This document shows, piece by piece, positions 8,725-20,445 of a DNA stretch of 64,000 bases. Position numbers and translations under genes: made by a program. The DNA is taken from contig CAVPGY010000001.1 in NCBI GenBank assembly GCA_963704115.1, positions 190,075-254,074 on the forward strand, written 5' to 3'. This DNA comes from an uncultured Chloroflexia bacterium (GTDB taxonomy: Bacteria > Chloroflexota > Limnocylindria > QHBO01). The notes beneath the pieces were generated by a model that was not told the DNA's origin, did no database searches, and saw nothing but the letters and a program-made list of their open reading frames with translations. Every line of letters begins with the position of its first letter. The first letter of the stretch is position 1.

Positions 8725-10095
8725 ATGACCACCATCGAGGCAACCCCCTCGCGTGCGGCTGCGCAGCCCCTGACCGCGCCGCACATCGCCACCGAGCTTC
8801 CCGGACCGAAAGGCCGCGCGCTCATCGAGCGCGACGAGGCCGTCGCCAGTCCCTCGCTCACCCGGGCTTATGCCCTCGTGGCCGAGTCGGGCGCCGGCTG
8901 CGTCGTGACCGACGTGGACGGCAACCGCTTCCTCGACTTCGCGGCCGGCATCGCCGTCTGCTCGACCGGCCATTCGCATCCGAAGGTCGTGGCCGCGATC
9001 AAGGACCAGGCTGACCGGATGATCCACATCGCGGCGACCGACTTCTACGAGCCACGCTACGTCGAGTTCATGGAGCGCCTGGCCGCGATCGCGCCGTTCG
9101 AGGAGAAGGCGCGCGTCTTCCTCACCAACTCGGGCACCGAGGCGGTCGAGGGCGCCATCAAGCTCGCGCGCTACCACACCCATCGCACCGGGATCATCGC
9201 CTTCGAGGGCGCCTTCCATGGCCGCACCATGGGAGCGCTGAGCCTGACGAACTCGAAGGTCAAGCAGCGGGCCGGCTTCGGTCCACTGCTGCCGATGGTG
9301 CACCACGCCCCGTTCCCGCGGATTCGGTCGTGGCGGGAGCAGTCCGGCGGCGACGGGTCGGCCGAGCTCGAGTTCCTGAAGCACACGATCTTCGGGCGGC
9401 AGATCGCTCCGTCCGATGTGGCGGCCATCGTGATCGAGCCGATCCAGGGCGAGGGCGGCTACTTCCCCGCCCCGACGGCGTTCCTGAGGGGACTCCGCGA
9501 GATCTGCGACGAGCACGGCATCCTGCTCATCGCCGACGAGATCCAGTCCGGCATGGGTCGCACCGGCGCCTGGTGGGCGATCGAGCACGCCGGCGTCGAG
9601 CCGGACATCATCACCACCGCAAAGGGGATCGCGTCCGGCATGCCGATCGGCGCCTTCATCGCCCGCGACTCGGTGTGGACCTGGCCGCCGGGAGCCCATG
9701 GCTCGACGTACGCCGGGAACCCGGTGTGCGCGGCCGCCGGCCTTGCGACGCTCGGGATCATCGAGGACGAGGCGATGGCCAACGCCGCGGCGATGGGGGC
9801 TCGCCTGCGAGCCGGCCTCGAGCGTGTCTGCGCGGCACGCGCGGCCGTCCGCGACATTCGCGGCCAGGGCTTGATGCTCGGCGTCGAGTTCGACTCCCAC
9901 GGCGTCGCCGAAGCGGTGCAGGAGGAGGCCTTCCGGCTCGGGCTGTTGACCCTGGAGTGCGGCGAGTCGTCGCTCCGCTTCAGCCCGCCGCTCATCGTCA
10001 GCGAGGCCGAGATCGATACCGCGGTGGAGCTCTTCGATCGGGCCCTCCACGAGGCGGGTCACCCGGTCGAGGGGATGGCGGAAACCGGCGGCTGA
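8725..10095 (+). CDS. Class III PLP aminotransferase (4-aminobutyrate/ornithine aminotransferase-like)
   Basis: DFAAGIAV, NSGTEAVE, FHGRT, EPIQGEGG, IADEIQSGMGRTG, TAKGIASG, HGSTYAGNP. Confidence 0.92.
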   Translation: MTTIEATPSRAAAQPLTAPHIATELPGPKGRALIERDEAVASPSLTRAYALVAESGAGCVVTDVDGNRFLDFAAGIAVCSTGHSHPKVVAAIKDQADRMIHIAATDFYEPRYVEFMERLAAIAPFEEKARVFLTNSGTEAVEGAIKLARYHTHRTGIIAFEGAFHGRTMGALSLTNSKVKQRAGFGPLLPMVHHAPFPRIRSWREQSGGDGSAELEFLKHTIFGRQIAPSDVAAIVIEPIQGEGGYFPAPTAFLRGLREICDEHGILLIADEIQSGMGRTGAWWAIEHAGVEPDIITTAKGIASGMPIGAFIARDSVWTWPPGAHGSTYAGNPVCAAAGLATLGIIEDEAMANAAAMGARLRAGLERVCAARAAVRDIRGQGLMLGVEFDSHGVAEAVQEEAFRLGLLTLECGESSLRFSPPLIVSEAEIDTAVELFDRALHEAGHPVEGMAETGG

Positions 10096-10282
10096 GCCCC
10101 GCCCGAACCCCGGGCGTGCCCGGGCGGCACACAACGGATAGGGAATGCGCCGGACGGGCCCGAATCGGACCCGGTCTCGGCTGCCCTGTGCCACAGCGGC
10201 ACGCTGCGGCGAGACAGCCGGCGGCGTCCAACCCTTCCCATGCGGATGGATGCCATGGCGGCACACCCGACGGACGCGAGTT

Positions 10283-11440
10283 CTAGTTCAGCAGGTCGGA
10301 CAGGCTCGTCAAAGTGAAGCCGCGGTCCCGGAGGCCCGGGACGATGAGCCGCAGCGAGTCGAGCGTCTCGAATCCGCCGAGGTGGAAGAGGACGTTCGAC
10401 CCGTTTACCGCGTTGCCGATCACCTTGGCGGCGATCTGCTCGGCGGTCGGCCCGCCGTCGCCGATCGGCTTCCAGTCGATCGTGTCGATGTCCCACAGGA
10501 AGGTCTTGGTGTACCCGACCGAAGCGACCGCGCTGATCACCGCGTCGCTGATCGACCCGTAGGGCGGACGCCAGTAGGGCTGAGGGTTCTGCCCGGTCCC
10601 GGCACGCAGGATTGCCTCGGCCTCGGTCATCTCCTGCCGGATCCGCTGGGCCGTCGGCGGGCCACCGGCGCAGGGCGCGGTGCTCGGTGAACCGCCGCCC
10701 CCGCGCACGAGGTCGCAGTGGTACATCGTGTGGTTGGCAATCTCGAACAGCTCCGGGTGCGCCCGGATGATCGCCATCACCTGCTGCCCCTGCGCCGTCT
10801 CGCTCATGACCCCCGTGGCGAAGATCGTCGCGCAGACGCGGTTGGTGACGAGGAAGTTCATGATGTCGACCGCCGGATCCATGCGACCGCCCATGTCGAA
10901 GGTCAGGGCGACGCCCGGCCCGGCGTTCGGGATCGTGCGGAACACCTGCGCCGATCCCGCGGCGACGCGATTGCCGGCCGTGCAGCCACCGCCCCCCGAG
11001 GGCGGCGCGGTGGGTCGTGGCGTGGCGGTCGGGACGGGAAGTGGCGTCACTCCGGGTCGCCGCTGACGATGAGCACCCATCCGGGCTCGATGATGTTCGG
11101 GGTCGTCGCCAGCGAAGGATGGCGGCCGGCGTTCCAGGCCTGCAGCTGCGCGGTGGTGGTCCCGTAGGCGCGGGCGATGGCGGCAAGGCTGTCGCCAGCC
11201 CGGACGGTGTACTCGGTGCCGGCGACCGGTGTCGCGCTGGGCACATGGGACGGCGCTGAAGAGGGGGACTGGCGCGGCGTCGGCGAGGACGACCCACGCG
11301 GCGTGGCGGTTGACTCCGCCGAGGGCGAGGCAACCACGGTCGACGCCGACGGCGATGCTGAGCTCTCGGACTCGCCGACGCAGGCTCCGAGCGAGAGCAT
11401 CACGACGAGGGCGATGGGGAAGGCGCGCCCGGGGTCGCAT
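10283..11440 (-). CDS. LysM + polysaccharide deacetylase (CE4/NodB) lipoprotein with two compensating frameshifts
   Basis: Lipobox LGAC and LysM (YTVRAGDSLAAIARAYG..NIIEPGWVL) in one frame; ALTFD, NHTMYH, WRPPYG, WDIDTIDW, LFH in another; indels near 11420 and 11052. Confidence 0.75.
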   Translation of the reverse strand: MRPRARLPHRPRRDALARSLRRRVRELSIAVGVDRGCLALGGVNRHAAWVVLADAAPVPLFSAVPCAQRDTGRRHRVHRPGWRQPCRHRPRLRDHHRAAAGLERRPPSFAGDDPEHHRARMGAHRQRRPGVTPLPVPTATPRPTAPPSGGGGCTAGNRVAAGSAQVFRTIPNAGPGVALTFDMGGRMDPAVDIMNFLVTNRVCATIFATGVMSETAQGQQVMAIIRAHPELFEIANHTMYHCDLVRGGGGSPSTAPCAGGPPTAQRIRQEMTEAEAILRAGTGQNPQPYWRPPYGSISDAVISAVASVGYTKTFLWDIDTIDWKPIGDGGPTAEQIAAKVIGNAVNGSNVLFHLGGFETLDSLRLIVPGLRDRGFTLTSLSDLLN

Positions 11441-11444
11441 CGGA

Positions 11445-12158
11445 TCAGTTCGGGTGGTAGCCGAGATCGCCGGCTGCCATCGGGGGCATCGGATCCGCGT
11501 CGAGGAAGCGGACCTCGCGGCGCAGAAGCTCGAGCTCGGCACGCAGCCGGGTCGCGGCATCGGGCATCTCGAGCAGCTGCTGCTTGCGGGCCAGCTCGAT
11601 CTGGAGCACGCCCGCCACGCCGTAGCTGGCCGCCACCGGATCATCCGGCAGATGGATCGGCTTGAGCGCCTCGTCGAGGGATGCGGTCACGTCGGGAAGC
11701 TCCTGCGGTTGTTCTCCCACGGACGTGGTGCGAGCCACGAATCGTTTCACCGTGCTGAGATAGGCGTCGAGTGCGCGCTGCACGCTTGGCACCAACCGCG
11801 CCGCCTCGTCGCCCTCGGGCTCCGGCAGCTCCCGGGCATCCACGAGGGCGTACGGCCCGGACCGGTCAACCTCGCCGAGACGGACGCGGCCGATGCCGAC
11901 CACCAGCAGCAGCCAGCGGCCGTCGGGGAACTGCTCGGCGCTCCGAACCTCGCAGATCGTGCCGACCGACTGCACCACCGCGTCACCGCCCACCTCGCGA
12001 CCTTCCGTGATCATGCTGACGACGAATCGACCACCGAACGGCGAGTCATCGGCCACGAGATCGCGGGCCATCGCCCGGTAGCGCTCCTCGAACACGTGGA
12101 TCGGCAGCGGCAGGTGCGGGAAGAGCACCGTGTGGAGCGGGAAGTGAGGAAGCCGCAT
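11445..12158 (-). CDS. LON peptidase substrate-binding domain protein
   Basis: LPHFPLHTVLFP..LPIHVFEERYRAM, PDGRW, KQQLLE..RL. Confidence 0.85.
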   Translation of the reverse strand: MRLPHFPLHTVLFPHLPLPIHVFEERYRAMARDLVADDSPFGGRFVVSMITEGREVGGDAVVQSVGTICEVRSAEQFPDGRWLLLVVGIGRVRLGEVDRSGPYALVDARELPEPEGDEAARLVPSVQRALDAYLSTVKRFVARTTSVGEQPQELPDVTASLDEALKPIHLPDDPVAASYGVAGVLQIELARKQQLLEMPDAATRLRAELELLRREVRFLDADPMPPMAAGDLGYHPN

Positions 12159-12257
12159 CGGCGCATGCTCCCATGCGCTCGGTCCATTCGGCAAACACCG
12201 TCTGAACCGTCGGCCGAGACTCCCGGTCGGCCGTTCCGATGCGGCGCTCGAGCGGCG

Positions 12258-13756
12258 CTACTCCTCGTCGACGAACGTCGTGTCGATCTGCGCGCGCTGG
12301 AGCTTGCCCGAGTAGTCGATGTAGACGCTCTTCCACTCGCTGAAGAAGTCGAGCGCCGCCTGGCCGACCTCCCGGTGACCGTTCCCGGTGGCCTTGGTTC
12401 CGCCGAACGGGAGGTGCGCCTCGGCGCCGATGGTGCCGTGGTTCACGTATCCGAGGCCGGACTCGAAGTCGCGGATGCTGCGGAACGCGAGGTTGACGTC
12501 CCGGGTGAAGAGCGAGGTCGACAGGCCGTACTTCACCGAGTTCACGATGCGGACGGTCTCGTCCCAGTCGGTGACCGGGATGACCGAGGCGACCGGCCCG
12601 AAGATCTCCTCCTGCGCGATGCGCGCATCGGGCTTCACCTCGGTGAAGATCGTCGGCTGGAAGAAGCTGCCCTTCGCCAGGTCGCCGTCGCGGGCCGGGT
12701 CACCGCCGATGACGAGATCGGCCTCGTCGCGGCCGATCGCCGCATAGCCGGCGATCCGCTCGACGGCGCGTTCGTTGATGACCGGACCGACATCGGTCTT
12801 CTCGTCGAGCCCATCCCCCAGCACGAGCTTCCCGACTCGATCGCGAAGGCGGCCGACGAAGTCGTCGTGGATGCCTCGATGGACGATCAGTCGTGAGGCG
12901 GCGGTGCAGCGCTGGCCGGAGGTGCCGAACGACGACCACACCACGCTGTCGAGCGCGAGATCGAGGTCGGCGTCCTCCCAGATCACGATCGGGTTCTTGC
13001 CGCCCAGCTCCAGGCTGACGCGCTTCAGCGTCTTCGCCGCGCGGGTGCTGATCTCGACCCCGGTGTCGGTGTGGCCGGTGAAGCTGATGACCCGGACGTC
13101 GGGATGATCGACGATCGCGTTGCCGACCTCCGCGCCGGAGCCCGTGACGACGTTGACCACGCCGTCCGGGAGGCCCCCCTCGACCAGCAGCTCGACGAAT
13201 CGGACCATGCAGGCCGGCGTGTCCGAGGCCGGCTTCATGACCGCGGTGTTGCCACAGATGAGCGCCGGGAAGAGCTTCCAGGCCGGGATGGCGACCGGGA
13301 AGTTCCAGGGCGTGATGATGCCGACCACGCCGATCGGCCGGCGGATCGCCATCGCGAACTTGTCGGGCATCTCCGACGGAACGGTCTGGCCGAACAGCCG
13401 GCGCCCCTCGCCCGCCATGTAGTAGGCGACGTCGATCGCCTCCTGCACGTCGCCGCGCGCCTCGGCAGGACCTTGCCCATCTCGCGCGTCATGAGACGGC
13501 TGAGCTCCTCCTTGTGCTCGGCGAGGAGGCGGGCGATGCGGAACAGGATCTCGCCGCGCTTCGGCGCCGGCATCAGCGACCAGGCCGGGTAGGCGGCGCG
13601 GGCCGCCTTGACCGCCGCCTCGACGTCGGCGGCCCCCGATGCCGGGAACTCGCCGACCACGTCGTCATGGTTCGCCGGGCTGACGCTGGTGAAGGTGGCC
13701 CCCGATGCGGCAGGCTTCCAGTCGCCGCCGACGAGGTTGTTGTAGCTCTTGGTCAC
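12258..13756 (-). CDS. Aldehyde dehydrogenase (AldH family), single frameshift near 13464
   Basis: N-terminal NLVGGDW..REMGKVL continues as EARGDVQEAID after a one-base correction; ITPWNFP, FTGHT, ELGGKN, GQRCTA, EEIFGP, PFGG. Confidence 0.85.
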
Positions 13757-13938
13757 GGAGGTGCATCTCCTGGAATGGCAGGGCGCGCGCGGACGGCGTG
13801 GCTCGGCTGTCCCGGCGATTCTACCCGTCGACTCGGGCCCCGACGAAGCGTACGCTTGGCGACACTACGCGCAGCCCATTGAGCGGTCCATGATCATCAC
13901 TCTGAGTGATCGGACCTGAACGACGAAGTGAGGACACG

Positions 13939-14448
13939 ATGCGAACGAGCAGAGAGCTGGCGGGGCTGGCGGTGATCGACATCCGCGACGGGAAGAAGCT
14001 CGGAGCGGTCTCGGAAACCGTGGTGTCGCCGGACGACGGCCGATTGCTCGGCTTCGTGCTGACAAGCGGCGGCATGCTGAACCGCGAGGAGTCCGCCGTC
14101 GAGATCGACGATGTACGGTCCATCGGCAAAGATGCCATCACGGTGGAGGGGGAAGAGCACATCCATCGACCCGAGGCGACCCAGGAAGCGTTCCAGGAGG
14201 CTCGCGCGAGCGCGCGGACGCTCATCGGCCGCAAGCTCGTGACCCAGGGCGGCTCGGTGATCGGCCAGGTCGCCGACTACGCCATCAGCGAGGACACGCG
14301 GCGCATCGGGACGCTGCTGATCGGGGGCGGTCTCTTCGAGTCGAGCGATGCGGTCCCGGCCGCCCGCATCGTATCGGTCGGGCCGGACGTGGTCGTCGTC
14401 ACAGACGAGGGAGCCGCTGACGAGACCACGGGCCCGTTCGAGAGCTGA
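13939..14448 (+). CDS. Tandem PRC-barrel domain protein
   Basis: ELAGLAV..DGKKLGAV..IGKDAITV, repeated as LIGRKLVT..G..IGQV..VGPDVVVV. Confidence 0.8.
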   Translation: MRTSRELAGLAVIDIRDGKKLGAVSETVVSPDDGRLLGFVLTSGGMLNREESAVEIDDVRSIGKDAITVEGEEHIHRPEATQEAFQEARASARTLIGRKLVTQGGSVIGQVADYAISEDTRRIGTLLIGGGLFESSDAVPAARIVSVGPDVVVVTDEGAADETTGPFES

Positions 14449-14504
14449 CCCCCGAGGTTCCCGACTGATTTAGGACAATCGACCCTCGCGGGCACCGGTC
14501 CACC

Positions 14505-14521
14505 CCATCCATCATGGATGG
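14505..14521. promoter_or_regulatory. Perfect inverted repeat, candidate operator
   Basis: CCATCCAT-C-ATGGATGG upstream of a CATAGT -10-like box (14555-14560). Confidence 0.35.
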
Positions 14522-14604
14522 ACAATTGAACAACCGATGCGCCGGAATCCTGTTCATAGTCAACGGGGCTGAAGTAGTGGCACTTCGACGCATCGGCTCA
14601 GCAC

Positions 14605-14636
14605 GACGCCGGTCCGGCAACGGGCCGGCGTCTTGT
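14605..14636 (+). terminator. GC-rich hairpin with GCAA tetraloop (terminator or attenuator)
   Basis: GACGCCGGTCCG-GCAA-CGGGCCGGCGTC followed by TTGT. Confidence 0.5.
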
Positions 14637-14749
14637 CGTCCCCGGTAAGCCGCTGGTAAGCGGCCGCGAAGAGACTGGGCGCATGATGCCGCCGCCAGAT
14701 CGGATCTCGCCCAAGCCGGCCCGCCTCCACCCGCAAGGAGGCTGCCCCC

Positions 14750-15646
14750 ATGTCAATGCGACGGACCATCTCGGCGATGCTCATCGCGACTGTCCTCTCA
14801 CTCGTGCCCATCGGAGCGGCGCAGGCGGCCCGGCCCGTGAAGCCGCCGGCGGCGGCGCCCGGTGGCGCCCCGGAGCGGCCGCTGACGCCGGAGGAACAGG
14901 CCGCATCGGATCGCAAGGTCGCCGCGGCCGAGGCATACATCGCATCGGTCGAGGCATCCGGCAGGAACCTGGTCTCGCTCAATTGCATCGCCCCGAATGC
15001 CACGACCGCCAACGCCACCGGCGACTCCATCGCGACGCAGTCCTGCACGGTTCCGCAGGCCTACCTGCCGGTCGCCGCGCGCGACCAGATCCGCGGTCAC
15101 TACTGCGGTCCGGCCGTCGGGCAGGTGATCGCGAACTACGCCTGGGCGGTGAGCAGCACAGCCAACAAGTACTCCCAGACGTCGATCGCGGGCTGGATGA
15201 TGACCGACGTCAAGGGATACACCAATGCCCCCGAACTCGAGGACGGGCTGGAGTCAGCGACGGCCGGTGCGCCACGACGGCCCGCTGGCTGGGACTGGGT
15301 CGTCACCAATCTCCAGGACACCGATTCCGACGGGGTGCTCGGTGACCAGCTCCAGCACTACGTCCAGTCGAACGTGAGCGGTGCCGAGATGCCGCTCGCG
15401 CTGGCGGTCAAGCCCTACGACCCGAATGCCAGGTATCACCTCTCGAGCTGGTCCCGCCCCGTCAACTCGCCCGGTCACTGGATTGCCGCGTACGGGTGGT
15501 ACAGCTCGTGGGCCGGAAACGACTTCTCGCGCATCTACTACACCGATTCCTCGAAGGACGAGGGAGGGTCGACCGGCAAGTACTGGGATCCGACTCGCCA
15601 TCTGGCCGAGATGATTCGGGTCCACACCGGGCGGTTCGTGTGGTGA
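14750..15646 (+). CDS. Secreted papain-like (C39-like) cysteine peptidase
   Basis: Signal peptide (AQA); Q....YCGPA, GHWIAAYG and YYTDS catalytic pattern; AAGGAGG RBS. Confidence 0.7.
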   Translation: MSMRRTISAMLIATVLSLVPIGAAQAARPVKPPAAAPGGAPERPLTPEEQAASDRKVAAAEAYIASVEASGRNLVSLNCIAPNATTANATGDSIATQSCTVPQAYLPVAARDQIRGHYCGPAVGQVIANYAWAVSSTANKYSQTSIAGWMMTDVKGYTNAPELEDGLESATAGAPRRPAGWDWVVTNLQDTDSDGVLGDQLQHYVQSNVSGAEMPLALAVKPYDPNARYHLSSWSRPVNSPGHWIAAYGWYSSWAGNDFSRIYYTDSSKDEGGSTGKYWDPTRHLAEMIRVHTGRFVW

Positions 15647-16905
15647 TCGGAGCTCGACGTTTCGCCACCGCCGTCCCGATGGCGCTGTCGTCGATGCTCG
15701 TGGTGGTGGCATGCGCCACCACCACCCCGAACCCGCCGGCGCCCTCGACCGCTGGCTCGGCGCCGCCATCGCGTCCGTCGACAGGACCGGGCGTGTCGTG
15801 GTCACCGACGTCGCATCCATCGTCGAGCCCGTCGTCGGCCCCCGGGGAAGGGCTGGCGGCCGAGCTCGAGGTCGGCTCGATCCCCTCCGAGTCGAGCGGG
15901 GCGGTGCTCACATTCGCGACCGACGGAATCGCGGTGCTGTTCGCGTCGGATCGGGCCGACGATGCCGTCGCCGGATCGGCTCCCGACCTCTGGCGCCTCC
16001 TCCCGTTCGCGGCGGAGCCGGAGCTGGTGTGGCGAAACCCGGAGCGGGCTCACTCGATCGTCGGCATCTTCGGCGACGTCGGCACCATCGCCTGGGTGGA
16101 GACACCGGTCAGCGGCGAGCGGGCCTGGAACCTGTGGATCCTGTCCCGCGCCGGGGGCGACGCGATTCTGCTCGACAGCCATCCTGGAGACAAGTCGGTT
16201 TCGAGCCTCGTCCCGAGCTTCACGATCTACGAGAACACCATCGTCTGGTCGGCGTTCGATGTCGGCCCCCATGGGCCGGTCTCACAGCTGAAGGTGGCGA
16301 GCAGCCCCACCTGGCAGCCATCGGTCTTCGCCCAGCGCGACGCCCGAGAGGCGGAGCTGTGGCTGCCGTCGCTCTACGGCTCGCAGCTGGCCTACACCGA
16401 GGTCCGCTACGCGCCGGACCGCAGCAGCGATGAGCGCCACGTCTACGTGGCCACGTTGGGGAGCCCGGAGGAGCCGCGCCGCCTCGACACCTCGGGACGC
16501 GCGACGATGCCCCTCAGCGTCGACGGCGCCGTCGTCTGGAAGGAGACTGACCCGGGTTTCAACATGTTCAATTGGGGCCGGATGGTGCGCCACGACCTCG
16601 TGTCCGACGTGCATGCGGAGCTGACGGTCCTCCCGCAGGAGTACGTCAACTTCCCGACCGCCGGCAGCCGGTTCCTGGCGTGGTGGGGAGCCGATGCGTT
16701 CGCGTTCGGGGTGTACGACATGCGGGAAGACGAGGCAACCACCGTCGTCCACTACTCGACCGCGTCGCAGGAGAACGTGCTCCGTCCGTACGTGTCGGGC
16801 GACCTGTTGGCCTGGCTGCACGTCGACACGAACGCGCCGGGCGGCCTGACCAGTGAGCTGCGCTACGCGCTGCTGCCACCGCTCAAGCCCGCGCCGGGCG
16901 GCTGA
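15643..16905 (+). CDS. Lipoprotein with a probable beta-propeller (TolB-like) domain
   Basis: VVVAC lipobox, S/P/T linker, repeated G..(I/L)(A/V)W blades; GTGA overlap with the peptidase. Confidence 0.6.
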   Translation: MIGARRFATAVPMALSSMLVVVACATTTPNPPAPSTAGSAPPSRPSTGPGVSWSPTSHPSSSPSSAPGEGLAAELEVGSIPSESSGAVLTFATDGIAVLFASDRADDAVAGSAPDLWRLLPFAAEPELVWRNPERAHSIVGIFGDVGTIAWVETPVSGERAWNLWILSRAGGDAILLDSHPGDKSVSSLVPSFTIYENTIVWSAFDVGPHGPVSQLKVASSPTWQPSVFAQRDAREAELWLPSLYGSQLAYTEVRYAPDRSSDERHVYVATLGSPEEPRRLDTSGRATMPLSVDGAVVWKETDPGFNMFNWGRMVRHDLVSDVHAELTVLPQEYVNFPTAGSRFLAWWGADAFAFGVYDMREDEATTVVHYSTASQENVLRPYVSGDLLAWLHVDTNAPGGLTSELRYALLPPLKPAPGG

Positions 16906-16916
16906 TCGGCCGGAAC

Positions 16917-18302
16917 CTAGGGACGCGTCATCCGCATGACGTCGAGCGCCTCGTCAAGCTCGGCCTCGGTGAGACGGCCGGCGTCCACGTGCCCACGCTC
17001 GATCACCACCTGGCGGATTGTCTTGCGCTCCGTCAGTGACTGCTTCGCGATGCTCGCCGCCTCCTCGTAGCCGAGGTATCGGTTCAGCGGCGTCACGATC
17101 GACGGGGAGCTCTCGGCGAACTCGCGAAGGCGATCGCGATTGGCGGTGATGCCGTCGACGCATCGGTCCGCCAGCAGACGGGTGACGTTCGACAGGAGCC
17201 GAATCGACTCGAGCACGTTGCGGCCGATGACCGGCAGCATCACGTTGAGCTCGAAGTTCCCGGCCGCGCCCGCCCAGGCCACCGCCGCGTCATTGCCGAC
17301 GACCTGGGCGCACACCATGAGCGTGGCCTCGGGGATCACCGGATTGACCTTCCCGGGCATGATGCTGCTCCCCGGCTGGAGGTCCGGCAGGTTGATCTCG
17401 CCGAGTCCGGCGCGGGGGCCTGACCCCATCCAGCGCAGGTCGTTGGCGATCTTCGTCAGGCCGATCGCGATCGTGCGCAGCTGGCCGGACAGCTCGACGA
17501 GGCCGTCTCGCGCGCCCTGCGCCTCGAAGTGGTCGCGCGCCTCGGTGAGAGGAAGACCGGTATCCGCCGCGATGGCCGCGATGACGCGCCCGCCGAAGCC
17601 GGCTGGCGAGTTGATGCCGGTTCCGACCGCGGTGCCGCCGAGCGGCAGCTCCGCGACGCGCGGGAGGCTCGCCTCAAGGCGCTCGATCCCCATGCGCACC
17701 TGCGCGGCGTAGCCGCCGAACTCCTGCCCCAGGGTGACCGGCGTGGCATCCATCAGGTGCGTCCGGCCCGACTTCACCGCATCGGCGAACTCGGTGGCCT
17801 TGCGCTCCAGCGACGCGGCGAGATGATCCAGCGCTGGAACGAGGTCGCGCACCACGCCGGCGGTGGCCGCGATGTGAATCGCCGCCGGGAACATGTCGTT
17901 CGACGACATCGGATGGTTCACGTCGTCGTTCGGATGCACGGGGCGGCCGAGGCGCTCCGCGGCCAGGGTGGCGAGCACCTCGTTCATGTTCATGTTGCTG
18001 CTCGTTCCCGAGCCGGTCTGGAAAACGTCGATCGGAAACTCGTCGTCATGCTTGCCGCGCGCCACGTCGGCCGCCGCGCTCTCGATCGCCGTCGCAAGGT
18101 CCGGATCGATCATCTCGAGCTCTCGCTTGACCGATGCGGTCGCGCCCTTGATCCGAGCGAGCGCCTCGAGCAGCGAACGCTCGAGCGTGGCGCCCGAGAT
18201 CGGGAAGTTCTCGACGGCCCGCTGAGTCTGTGCGCGCCACTTCGCGTCCGCCGGGACGCGAACGTCACCCATCGAGTCGTGCTCGATGCGGAACTCGCTC
18301 AT
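16917..18302 (-). CDS. fumC: Class II fumarate hydratase
   Basis: [40 protein letters not shown] signature. Confidence 0.95.
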   Translation of the reverse strand: MSEFRIEHDSMGDVRVPADAKWRAQTQRAVENFPISGATLERSLLEALARIKGATASVKRELEMIDPDLATAIESAAADVARGKHDDEFPIDVFQTGSGTSSNMNMNEVLATLAAERLGRPVHPNDDVNHPMSSNDMFPAAIHIAATAGVVRDLVPALDHLAASLERKATEFADAVKSGRTHLMDATPVTLGQEFGGYAAQVRMGIERLEASLPRVAELPLGGTAVGTGINSPAGFGGRVIAAIAADTGLPLTEARDHFEAQGARDGLVELSGQLRTIAIGLTKIANDLRWMGSGPRAGLGEINLPDLQPGSSIMPGKVNPVIPEATLMVCAQVVGNDAAVAWAGAAGNFELNVMLPVIGRNVLESIRLLSNVTRLLADRCVDGITANRDRLREFAESSPSIVTPLNRYLGYEEAASIAKQSLTERKTIRQVVIERGHVDAGRLTEAELDEALDVMRMTRP

Positions 18303-18751
18303 CGGCCGAAGTCGGGGTCCTCTGCGTCGGTGAAGCGGATCACCGGCGGGATGAGGTAGGGCAGATGGCCCTCGTTGAGCTCGCCGAGCAGGCGCGTCGC
18401 CTGGCCGATCAGCTCGTTGACGAAGATGCCGCGGTGTGCGGGCTCGAAGGGTCGCAGCCGGGCGAGTCCCTCGGAGAGCTTGTTGCGCGCACCACGCAGG
18501 TTCCGGCGCTGGAGGTGCAGCAGGCCGGCCGCGATCTGGATGAGCCCCTGGTAGAAGTCGCGCTCCTCGTCCACCGCCGCCCGCCACAGGGTCTCCCACG
18601 CCTCATGGGCGTGCCAGTAGCGAACGCCGTTGAAGAGCGCCACGCCCTCCGCGAAGAGGCGATGCGCCTCCGCAACGTCGAGGGGCGGCGTCCGGCCCGG
18701 CGGGAGATCGCCCGGCGCGGTGGGATCGGTCTGGACGGACACATCGCTCAT
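18299..18751 (-). CDS. DUF309 domain protein
   Basis: [33 protein letters not shown]. Confidence 0.85.
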   Translation of the reverse strand: MSDVSVQTDPTAPGDLPPGRTPPLDVAEAHRLFAEGVALFNGVRYWHAHEAWETLWRAAVDEERDFYQGLIQIAAGLLHLQRRNLRGARNKLSEGLARLRPFEPAHRGIFVNELIGQATRLLGELNEGHLPYLIPPVIRFTDAEDPDFGR

Positions 18752-18815
18752 CGGCCCGATCGTAGCAGGCCGGGCCGGCCAATCGAGCGAGGTCGCATCG
18801 GGCTAGGCTGCCGGA

Positions 18816-20432
<1,617 letters not shown>

Positions 20433-20445
20433 CGGCCTCCGGGCC

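Noticed and set aside
10135-10245. Cobalamin riboswitch (ATAGGGAA, GCTGCCC, GCCAC fragments)
   Set aside because: Lacks the B12 box and correct motif spacing, and lies between convergent 3' ends with no downstream gene
12258-13756. Programmed ribosomal frameshifting or true pseudogenes in the frameshifted genes
   Set aside because: No slippery heptamers or additional decay; the density and G/C-run context fit sequencing indels
14565-14680. c-di-GMP-I/II or c-di-AMP riboswitch
   Set aside because: Only short partial similarities; the conserved core order does not match by eye
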